Shown piece after piece: positions 30,934-40,914 of a DNA stretch of 64,000 bases (positions within the stretch are counted from its first letter, which is position 1; the number at the start of each line of letters is the position of its first letter). The DNA is from Candidatus Poribacteria bacterium (GTDB lineage: Bacteria; Poribacteria; WGA-4E; WGA-3G): contig CBDANF010000003.1 of NCBI GenBank assembly GCA_965197475.1, positions 3,392,001 to 3,456,000 of the forward strand, given 5' to 3'. The notes under the pieces are model-generated. The model had not been told where the DNA came from. It saw only the letters and a list, made by a program, of their open reading frames with translations, and did not search any database. A program made the translations under genes and the position numbers.

Positions 30934-31012
30934 CACGAATTTTGGTAGAGAATGTTAGCCGCGTCGCAAGGCGCGGTCTCTACCTCAACCGCCTAACATC
31001 GGAAAATTCGTG
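30934..31012 (+). ncRNA. Candidate structured RNA (nested stems, GCAA tetraloop, pseudoknot) upstream of a DUF805 gene
   Basis: CACGAATTTT/AAAATTCGTG, GGTAGAGA/TCTCTACC, CCGCGTC-GCAA-GGCGCGG, crossing ATGTTAG/CTAACAT. Confidence 0.6.
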
Positions 31013-31067
31013 TGTGTGAATTCGTGAATCAATGCAACACATTTCATATATTTTATGGACTCACACA

Positions 31068-31588
31068 ATGGAGTCTTTGCATCTAAAACCCCATTGTGCT
31101 GTGTCCTATGCCAAAGGAGTTTAGGATGCACAAAAAAGTTGGACCTGGTGGCGTTATTCTTAATCCTGTAAGCACACCACCGTGGGAATCACCAATAGAT
31201 GAGGTTATAATACCTCCAGCATTGTCACGTCCAGATGAATTTAAAACCAACTGGAAACAATTGTCGTTTTCATTCAAAGGTAGAATAAACCGAAAAGACT
31301 TTTGGATATATTTCTTAGGTACTGGTTTATTATACATAACTTTTTGGGGCATTTTTGATATATACAGTAGGTGAAATTGCGTATTACGCTTTTATGATAC
31401 CAATTAGTATCGTGAAATTCTTCTGGTGTGATAACGCTGTTATCGTGAAACGATGCCATGATTTTGGTAGATCTGCTTGGTATCTTATCCTATTTTACAT
31501 ACCTCCGATTGGTATAGTCATTTGGTTTATGCTTGCTTTCAGTAAAGGTGATCCCGAACCAAACAAGTATGGCAACCCACCTAAATAA
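31068..31588 (+). pseudogene. DUF805 (YhaH-like) membrane protein, frameshifted
   Basis: FSFKGRINRKDFW in one frame and VKRCHDFGRSAW...GDPEPNKYG in the next; shift in homopolymers at 31341-31356; possible second shift at C4 31089-31092. Confidence 0.8.
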
Positions 31589-31637
31589 CCCAACAACGAG
31601 GGGACTCTGTCCCCTCTAACCACAAAGGAGAAATCCG

Positions 31638-31889
31638 ATGAATAATTTAGTCCAAGAACAACAAGGACAACTTCAACGAAAAGAAGATATTCAGAAAGGA
31701 GTAGCAGAACTTTTAATTACTCCACTTCTGGATGACCTTGAAAAAGCATATAACGATTTTAAAAGTAAAGATTTAAAATCTATCCATCAACTAACACAGG
31801 CTTTGAGTATATTTGTGAAAAAGACAAATGAAATTAATTCACAAGTTAGTTATGTGAATAGTGTTCTTAATTATCTTTCACAGAATTAA
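31638..31889 (+). CDS. Small hypothetical passenger protein (83 aa)
   Basis: AAGGAG RBS, helical composition. Confidence 0.6.
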   Translation: MNNLVQEQQGQLQRKEDIQKGVAELLITPLLDDLEKAYNDFKSKDLKSIHQLTQALSIFVKKTNEINSQVSYVNSVLNYLSQN

Positions 31890-32052
31890 CCTTTTGACAC
31901 ATTTCATCAATAAGATGAAGACCTTTGTTAAGTCTTTTTGTGTCACCGATATTCGTTCTTTTTACTAAATCAGTCATAGGACCGCGTAGGAATTGGATAT
32001 GTTGTTCTTTACTGCGTGGTCCTTCTTTTCTTACTTCAATTTGTTCACTCAT
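31867..32052 (-). CDS. Small hypothetical protein coupled to the transposase stop
   Basis: ATGA overlap with the transposase stop codon. Confidence 0.5.
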   Translation of the reverse strand: MSEQIEVRKEGPRSKEQHIQFLRGPMTDLVKRTNIGDTKRLNKGLHLIDEMCQKVNSVKDN

Positions 32053-32929
32053 CTCATACTTTCATTGACAAACTTATCAAAGATGCTGTCAACGCTCCTA
32101 TAGTTATACTTATAGCACGCTTCCGCCACATATAGCGGTGTGTATCCTGTCTGATAGTGGTGATGACTTCCATACCAAGCGCGTTTGAGAAGCGACCAGA
32201 AGCCCTCAATCGTGTTCGTATGGACATCACCCTCAGCAAACTGCACCTTGTGGTTGATAACAGCGTGCTTCATTTCTTTCCCAATAGCGTTGTAAGCCTG
32301 ATATTCATCGGTTATTAGTTCCGATTTTTTAGGTTTACAGCACTCCGAATAAACTCAAGGATAGTGCGTCCTGTGAGGTTGTGTGCCACTTGTGCGACAA
32401 CCCTACCTCCACGCTGCACTGCTCCTATTATAGCAGTTTTTTCAGTGCCTCTGCCACGTTTATGTGGTTCATCATCTTCACGTTTGTTCTTTTTACGAGG
32501 TTTACCGCCAATATAGGTCTCATCTGCTTCAATGATACCTTGTAGTAAAGCCCCGCCTTTCTTCGCCATTTCAGCACGGATACGAGTCATTATAAACCAT
32601 GCTGTCTTTTGATTCAAGTCTAAATCGCGCGCAAGTTGATGACTTGACAAACTTTTCTTCGCATTCGTTATCAACGAAATAGCTAAAAACCACTTCTGTA
32701 ACACTACCTTTGTCCCGTGAAACACCGACCTGCACGTCACCTTGAAACTCACTTGGCACTCGTGGCAGTTCCAACGACCGATACGACCGATCTTTGTCTC
32801 CTCACGCCTGCCCACATGACCGCTTTCACAATGCGGACACACAGGTTTACCTCGCCAACGAATCTTCTCTAAATGCGAAATACAACTCTCTTGATCCGGG
32901 AAACGTTCCATCACCTTCAACAAATCCAT
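32049..32929 (-). pseudogene. IS1595-family transposase, frameshifted in an A6 run
   Basis: CPHC...C..C zinc ribbon, IEADETYIGG, then ITDEYQAY, VINH, HTNTIEGFWSLLKR in a shifted frame (T run 32325-32330). Confidence 0.9.
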
Positions 32930-33345
32930 CAGATAACTCCTTGAAATAGGAGTTGCTTTTTCTGACGGACTTCTGATACAATATCAGATAAGATTAAACC
33001 TTCAGAAAGCAACTCTGCTTTTTGGGTTAATTGGGAGGCTACAACCTCCCTTTTTTCTTATCTATATTATACCATATAAACCCAGTGGACACAAGGCTTT
33101 ATAGCGATTTTTAAAATTTTTTATCAAGTCCAAAACTACTCATTGCGTTTTTTAATCGTGTATAAAACATCACAGATAAAAAATAAATGCGGTCATGATG
33201 CAACCGGTATGCAAATTTTTGATAATGGTATACACAAAACTTGGTAAATTATAGGTTAATTAATATTGTACTGCCACCGGAAATTCGGGCCGCTCTCTAA
33301 GACAAGATTATGGTATAATATCCATCTCCTTGAAAGGAGTATCCG

Positions 33346-33636
33346 ATGGCGAAACGAAAACGAAGAAACTTCACCCCCGAGTTTAAAGCCGAAGTTGTTC
33401 TTGAGGCTCTCAGCGTTGAAAGTTCCCAAGCAGAAGTGTGTCGGCGACATAACCTCATCGATGAACAACTTTCAAAGTGGAAGCGACAGCTTCTTGAAAA
33501 AGCGGCGACCCTCTTTGAACCCGCTGATAAACAGTCTGATGCCTCTGCGGAGCGGATCGCCCAACTTGAGCAACTCGTTGGGCGGTTGACCTTGGCACTT
33601 GACATCCAAAAAAAAGCCTCAACTTACTTGAGTTAG
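33346..33636 (+). CDS. IS3 transposase OrfA
   Basis: RRNFTPEFKAEVV HTH plus leucine zipper. Confidence 0.92.
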   Translation: MAKRKRRNFTPEFKAEVVLEALSVESSQAEVCRRHNLIDEQLSKWKRQLLEKAATLFEPADKQSDASAERIAQLEQLVGRLTLALDIQKKASTYLS

Positions 33637-33641
33637 CCTCG

Positions 33642-34472
33642 ATGGAGCAGCGAGAAATGGTTACGGCATTACGGACAGACTTTTCGGTTCGGCAGATATG
33701 TGAGACACTCGGTTTCAACCGAAGCAACCTCTATTATCACTCCAAGCAGGCCCCGTGTGAAGCGGGCCTCCAGGATGAAATAGAGACGTTATCTTTGCTA
33801 TATCCAACATACGGATATAGGCGTCCCACACAGTTGTTGGTGCGTAGCGGATACACCATCGGGTATAAACGTGTTGCCCGATTGATGAAGTCCGCCAACC
33901 TCTCGGTTTCTGTCAAGCGTGTCTGTCAAACCACGACATCCGTTGCGGGTGTGCGTCCCTGGAGCAATCGCCTTGAAAACCTTGATGTCTCCCGATGTGA
34001 TCAGGTCTGGGTGGGCGATATCACCTACGTCCGCCTCAAAGGACACTTTATCTATGTTTGTCTGCTCATGGATGTCTTCACTCGCATGATCAGAGGGTGG
34101 TATATCAGTCAACACTTGACGCAATCTCTAACGTTGAAACCTTTGGAGACAGCATTATGTCAAAATGTCCCAGAGATCCATCATTCTGATCAAGGCGTTC
34201 AATATCTTTCAAATGCGTCCATCTCACTGCTTAGGCATCATGGGATTGAGATTTCAGTCGCCCGGAGAGGGTGTCCTTGGGAGAACGGATATGCTGAAAG
34301 ACTTATCCGCACGCTCAAGGAAGAAGAAGTTCATCTCAACGACTATGAGGACATCCACGAAGCGAGAGCCCGCATTGGGCATTTTATTACACAAGTATAT
34401 AATCACAAACGCCCTCACTCTGCGTTAGGGTATTTGACACCTGTGGAATTTGAGCAAAAAAACTTGTCTTAA
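33642..34472 (+). CDS. IS3 transposase OrfB (rve DDE)
   Basis: YGYRR, WVGDITY, HHSDQGVQY, ENGYAER..RTLKEE, YN..RPHSALGY. Confidence 0.95.
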   Translation: MEQREMVTALRTDFSVRQICETLGFNRSNLYYHSKQAPCEAGLQDEIETLSLLYPTYGYRRPTQLLVRSGYTIGYKRVARLMKSANLSVSVKRVCQTTTSVAGVRPWSNRLENLDVSRCDQVWVGDITYVRLKGHFIYVCLLMDVFTRMIRGWYISQHLTQSLTLKPLETALCQNVPEIHHSDQGVQYLSNASISLLRHHGIEISVARRGCPWENGYAERLIRTLKEEEVHLNDYEDIHEARARIGHFITQVYNHKRPHSALGYLTPVEFEQKNLS

Positions 34473-34511
34473 CTTTGCTAAATTTTGGTCTGAATAAACG
34501 GTAGCACTTCA

Positions 34512-34902
34512 ATTGGTTATCTTGAGAAAAATGGAGGTTCAAAAACCCTCCTGTCGTTGCCTCTACATTCTTGCGGTGGTCTATCTTTGCAATGCACTGT
34601 AGGTTTTGTGTATTCCAAATCTTTACAACACCATCAAAATTACTGGTTGCAATCAATTGTGTGTCGTGCGAAAAGATAACAGCAGAAAGCATCCCGCTTT
34701 CTGTATCAAATAAAGCGATCGGTTTCAGCGATGATCGGTCATACAACCAACAACCTATAAGCGTTGCGACAGCAAGATATTTACCATCAGCAGAAAAGGA
34801 CATATCCTTTACTCGTCCTCGCGCTAATCTACCGATCGCACCTTCAGTAAGGTGCCAAGTTGTCTCATCCGTGTCAACAGACTGCATTTGATTATCTTGC
34901 AT
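34512..34902 (-). pseudogene. WD40 repeat protein truncated by IS3
   Basis: W.L.EGAIGRLARG N-terminus paralogous to the upstream gene; frame runs into the IS end after FSQDNQ. Confidence 0.85.
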
Positions 34903-34989
34903 GAATTTTCTCCTCATAGCAATTGCTAACTTGTTTAGGCACTAAGTAATAACCTAATGCCTACTATTGACAAATAAACAGGGTAAGGT

Positions 34990-36996
34990 TTATGAATTTA
35001 TGAAGGGTTTCAGATTCCAGAGGTAAATCGCACCATCATGTCCCCCGCTTGCGAGAACGGTGCAGTCCTGGGAAAATGCGAAGCACTGTACATCAGTGGT
35101 ATGTCCCTTGAACGTGGTGATATTCTTACCTGTTGCGACTTCCCATAAACAGATGGATGTCTTTTTTAGTCCACCTTTCCACCAAGCACCCGCAACCAAA
35201 TATTGACCGCACGGCGTGAAACGAAGTGTAATTGGTCGCTGATTCTCTTCCGATTGTGGAATCGTCATAAGCGTTTTGCCGTCTGTTGCATCCCACAGAA
35301 CAATCTCGTTCCAAAATCCACCAGCGATTATGTTGCCATCTGGTGAAAACGTTATTCCCGCCTGGTAACTGTTATATCCTCCCCGTTCCGGCGTAGTTAG
35401 GGGTAACTGGGTAATCTGTTCTTCAGCATCAACATCCCATAATAGAGCGGTTCGTTCTTGTGGACGACGCACTATAGGGATACTTGCAAGCCGCTTTCCA
35501 TCGGCACTCAATGCCAACGCATTAACATATTCTGCGTGTCCTATAAGGACGGCACACTTTTCCCAGTTTCCTCCATCGTTTATTTCATTAGATGAAGGTG
35601 TGTACTCCCACACATAGATGTTGCGATCTTTGCCAGCACGTGCCAACCGTTGACCTGTCAGTGCTAACGCATCGGTCCCCGTTCCCGATGACAACCCAGA
35701 TTCAGGGATAGGGATTTCAGCGATGGATTCACCGCTTCCAAACTCACATACCTCTAATGTTTTTTCGTCTCCGCCAACAGCAAAGATTGTCCCGATTGAA
35801 GTCGGGTAAACATCACGTATACTATTGAGCAGTTCTTTTTCGGTCAGATGTCGGACACACTGACTTGAAACATCCCATAAAACCGTGTTCCTACCCCAGT
35901 AGGCAGTCACTAACGTTTTTTCATCCGGTGCGAAGACTAATGAACCGACAGTCCCAGTGTGTCCCTGAATAGTCGGGCATGCTTGAGCGATGGGTCTACC
36001 TTCTATCCAGACTTTGATTTCACCACTATCAGTATAGGCGAATTGTGTACCACTCTCCGAAAAACGAACAGAACTACCCTTGCTCTGATGTTCACATGTG
36101 TCGATTTTTTCGCCTTTTTCTAAATTCCAGACTTCAAGTTTAGGCTGAGATGGAAAGACTACCGCGGCTATTAATTCACCTTCCGGTGTATAATATGGAT
36201 GTATTTGAGCATCCTCGTGATCGGTATAGGTTTCCTCAAGGTTTCCAGTCTCCACGTCCCACACATGTAACCTTCCTTCTGAACCAGTGGCAGCAAAAAA
36301 TCGTCCACACGGCGAAAAGCAATGACGACCCCACCTTTCAGTCCAATCAAGACGAGTGATTTGTTCTCCCGTTTCTACCTGCCACACTGCAATGAATTCA
36401 GCGGTACGGTTTCTATGATCGTAACACGTCCCTGCCAACAAACTCAAATCTGGAGAAAAGTAGCTTGGATAGATGGCATTTATGGATTTGATGTCAGTAT
36501 CACTTAATTTCATTTCTATTTCATTTTTTAACGTGCCGGTGCGCGGACACCAGATATAAACCCTCCTGGTGGGATAATTGAAAGCGACGAGTTGTTCTCC
36601 ATCTTGAGAAAAGATCGGTTTTATAGAAGACAAACGAATCTGCCCTTTCGGTAACTCCATCTCCGCAACACACATCTGATTATGGATGTCCCACACTCTG
36701 AGTGCTTGGAGATATGTATATGCAGCAATCCATTGACCATCGGGCGAAAATGTAACTTTGTCAATATACCCTCTATCTGTTTCCCACAGGGCAATAGGGG
36801 ATAACGTGGCGTATTGATAGATCCAAAGCCCCATAGTTGATCCAACAGCGAAGTACTGTCCATCCGGTGAGAATTCCATATCCCGGACACTACCGCGTCC
36901 TAATCGGGCGATTGCGCCTTCGGGAAGTGCCCATTTAGATACTTCGCTATCGTCAAAATTAAACGGAATAGGTGTTTGTATTTTTGTGGATTCCAT
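34990..36996 (-). CDS. WD40 repeat protein
   Basis: WALPEGAIARLGRG start; FSPDG, GHT, LASGGHDGAIYLW repeats. Confidence 0.92.
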   Translation of the reverse strand: MESTKIQTPIPFNFDDSEVSKWALPEGAIARLGRGSVRDMEFSPDGQYFAVGSTMGLWIYQYATLSPIALWETDRGYIDKVTFSPDGQWIAAYTYLQALRVWDIHNQMCVAEMELPKGQIRLSSIKPIFSQDGEQLVAFNYPTRRVYIWCPRTGTLKNEIEMKLSDTDIKSINAIYPSYFSPDLSLLAGTCYDHRNRTAEFIAVWQVETGEQITRLDWTERWGRHCFSPCGRFFAATGSEGRLHVWDVETGNLEETYTDHEDAQIHPYYTPEGELIAAVVFPSQPKLEVWNLEKGEKIDTCEHQSKGSSVRFSESGTQFAYTDSGEIKVWIEGRPIAQACPTIQGHTGTVGSLVFAPDEKTLVTAYWGRNTVLWDVSSQCVRHLTEKELLNSIRDVYPTSIGTIFAVGGDEKTLEVCEFGSGESIAEIPIPESGLSSGTGTDALALTGQRLARAGKDRNIYVWEYTPSSNEINDGGNWEKCAVLIGHAEYVNALALSADGKRLASIPIVRRPQERTALLWDVDAEEQITQLPLTTPERGGYNSYQAGITFSPDGNIIAGGFWNEIVLWDATDGKTLMTIPQSEENQRPITLRFTPCGQYLVAGAWWKGGLKKTSICLWEVATGKNITTFKGHTTDVQCFAFSQDCTVLASGGHDGAIYLWNLKPFINS

Positions 36997-37510
36997 TAAA
37001 TCTCCTTTATTTTAAATCTTTATAGTCTATCTAATAAATCGTAAGCTTGATTTACAATACGCAGCAATTGTATAAGCACAATTCATTGTGCGTTATAGGT
37101 TGGGTTAACACTGTGAAACCAGCAAATTTGGGATTTATGAGATACGTTCTAATAAAATAGACACTTCAAGGCATAGGTGCCTCGCGCTGCAAAGGAACAG
37201 GAAATGGGTGGTAAGAAAGTTATTCTTTATATTGAAAATCAGGTGAATAAGGTAATCAACTGAACTCTACTCTCAGTAACGCGGATGCGTAAATATATAG
37301 TCAAATAGGATGAAAAGTCTACTCGCAACTATACATCTGTTTCCCTATTGGGATGACATTCGGTGCGATGAAACTAAACACAAATTGAAGATATTTCCTT
37401 TATAGGAAAGATATTGTTGGGTGGATAATGACAAAAACTATACAAAATCTGATTAAAATGTGGGGTTGGATGTTAATTAATCGGAATGGTTGGAGAATTT
37501 AAAAAAGAAA

Positions 37511-37584
37511 TGGGCTTACCTGGAATCGAACCAGGGACCTCGCGCTTATCAGGCGCGCGCTCTAACCTTCTGAGCTATAAGCCC
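37511..37584 (-). tRNA. tRNA-Ile (GAT)
   Basis: Reverse complement GGGCTTATAGCTCAG...CTGATAA...GGTTCGATTCC...TAAGCCCA cloverleaf; CCA not encoded. Confidence 0.97.
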
Positions 37585-37698
37585 ATAGGAGAAGGCAGAA
37601 AGCGTGTTTTTTGAAAGTTAAATAGGAAGTCGTAATATGCCTTGTAAGATAAAGAGCGTATTGAACAAGGAGATTGTGTGAGAATTCCCTTGTTAATG

Positions 37699-39258
<1,560 letters not shown>

Positions 39259-39378
39259 GTATTGAAGTACATCTTCAAATAATTGAAGCGCACTCACAAG
39301 CTATATAATAGGCACGTCACGTTCACTATTTAACTTTCAAAGAACAACTTCACCTTCCTGAATCGAAAGGTAATGTTA

Positions 39379-39407
39379 ATTATACACCCTAAAAGTAGGT
39401 TTGTCAA
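39379..39407 (-). promoter_or_regulatory. rRNA promoter
   Basis: Perfect TTGACA-17 bp-TATAAT; boxA-like TGTTCTTTGAAA downstream. Confidence 0.9.
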
Positions 39408-39563
39408 ATAAAATTGTAAAAAAAGCATAATTATGCCAAAAATTATGTGTATTAATGAATTTAAGCGTTTATATCAACTTGTGATCGTGGAATAGAGGTA
39501 TTTCATCCGCAGAATTCATTAATACAAGCGGTTAAATGTCCTGTTTTAGAGTTTAACGCATCT

Positions 39564-40262
39564 TCATTCCTCTACATTCTCTGGTTCTTGAACCTGGATA
39601 CTAATGTGGACTGGACCATCACCTCCAAGAGCTTTTACCTGATTGATCTGCGTAAGCACATTCATCAATTGTCGGCGGCTTTCATGCTGTTCCTCGGGCA
39701 AAACCTGAATCCATGCCTCAAAAAGCGCGGTAACCTCCTCAAGTTGAACCGGACGACCAGACATCTGTTTCAGTTTGTCAATTATCGCTTCAACTTCGGG
39801 AGATGGACCGAACTTCTCCGTGAGATGTGCCTGTGCCTTTTCAAAGTCTGCAGCTTCAGCATCCTCGTCAAGCAGTGAGCTGATTTCTTCTGGTATCCCA
39901 AACGCGGGAAGTAGGGACGTAGCATCGAACTCGGACGCAGGTTCAACTGCCTTTGCCATTTCTGCAGGCATTTCCTTTGCTTCTATGGTTTTAATCAACT
40001 CTGGCTCAACTACAGGTTTTGGTTCAATCTCAAGATTTTCGTTAACTGATTTTGGTGATAGTGCCGACTTAGACTGTTCGGAAGGTTTAATTATATCGTT
40101 TTCCGAAGCAGGGCCAGATGACGTAGTGGATTGGGGAGGTTCCCGAATGTCTGATACGAAACGATCATAACTCCATCGTGAGAAAAAATGGGTGCCTGCT
40201 AAGAGAAGAATAGCGATAATTACCATGCCCCCGATCACCCTTAAATCAAGTTGTTTGAACAT
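39564..40262 (-). CDS. Hypothetical membrane-anchored acidic protein
   Basis: AGGAG RBS, N-terminal TM helix, low-complexity linker, helical C-terminal domain. Confidence 0.7.
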   Translation of the reverse strand: MFKQLDLRVIGGMVIIAILLLAGTHFFSRWSYDRFVSDIREPPQSTTSSGPASENDIIKPSEQSKSALSPKSVNENLEIEPKPVVEPELIKTIEAKEMPAEMAKAVEPASEFDATSLLPAFGIPEEISSLLDEDAEAADFEKAQAHLTEKFGPSPEVEAIIDKLKQMSGRPVQLEEVTALFEAWIQVLPEEQHESRRQLMNVLTQINQVKALGGDGPVHISIQVQEPENVEE

Positions 40263-40531
40263 TGTCTCTCCTTTCTCTAAAGTAGTTAATTCACGATAGG
40301 ACATTTTGGTGCGCGATATGCGTGCCGAAGTGCCACGTCTTTAAAATGACACACTTGATATATCAAAATGTTCCAATATATTGTAATGTTTGTTCATTCA
40401 ATTTGTGCGGCAAGAGTCGTGACCGGGAGGTCGCTCCTACAGAAGATGTGTTGGTGTTGGCAACGGTATCCGATATCTAAACAATTTACCCACAATTGAA
40501 AATAGACAGAACAGTAGGGTTAATTGGAAGT

Positions 40532-40801
40532 TTATCTGACACCGCCGCTGATGGCAGGCAGAAAATGGAGTTCTGCGTCTTCGTCAACGCGTTCACGCAA
40601 ACCTTCTCGGATGAGGATGCCGTTAAGATAGACAGCAATCCCAGGGCGAATTCTACCACCTTCACAGAGTTTTTCTTTTGTTCCTGGGTAACAGATCTCA
40701 AGGTTGTCAATAACCTCTCGGATCGTTGTTCCGGAGATAGTGACGCTATCTTCACCATTTGTTAGGCTGCGCATGAGTGCGGGAATAGCTACAATCGGCA
40801 T
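40532..40801 (-). CDS. MoaD/ThiS-family sulfur carrier
   Basis: IP..MRSLT.G, GTTIREVI..L, LPAISGG (followed by VR). Confidence 0.85.
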   Translation of the reverse strand: MPIVAIPALMRSLTNGEDSVTISGTTIREVIDNLEICYPGTKEKLCEGGRIRPGIAVYLNGILIREGLRERVDEDAELHFLPAISGGVR

Positions 40802-40914
40802 TGGAGGAGTTCCATTAATTATGATGCTGTCAGCATAAGTATTTTAGACTTTCATGTATCGGGCGAGGCAAGGATACCTCACCCGATACATGAAAGCTCC
40901 GAATACGAAACGAA

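Larger units (their letters stand above)
30850..33147 (-). mobile_element. IS1595-family element with passenger genes (transporter IS)
   Basis: Perfect 28-bp TIR CGCAATGAGTAGTTTTGGACTTGATAAA at both ends; IS1595 transposase inside; no target duplication seen. Confidence 0.9.
33267..34511 (+). mobile_element. IS3-family insertion sequence, copy 1 (1245 bp)
   Basis: TG...CA ends with imperfect IRs (TGTACTGCCACCG / TGAAGTGCTACCG); orfA-orfB; A8G slippery motif. Confidence 0.95.

Noticed and set aside
39448-39526. 14-bp inverted repeat TGTATTAATGAATT upstream of the rRNA promoter
   Set aside because: AT-rich and single-copy here; may be a tiny MITE but is unsupported.
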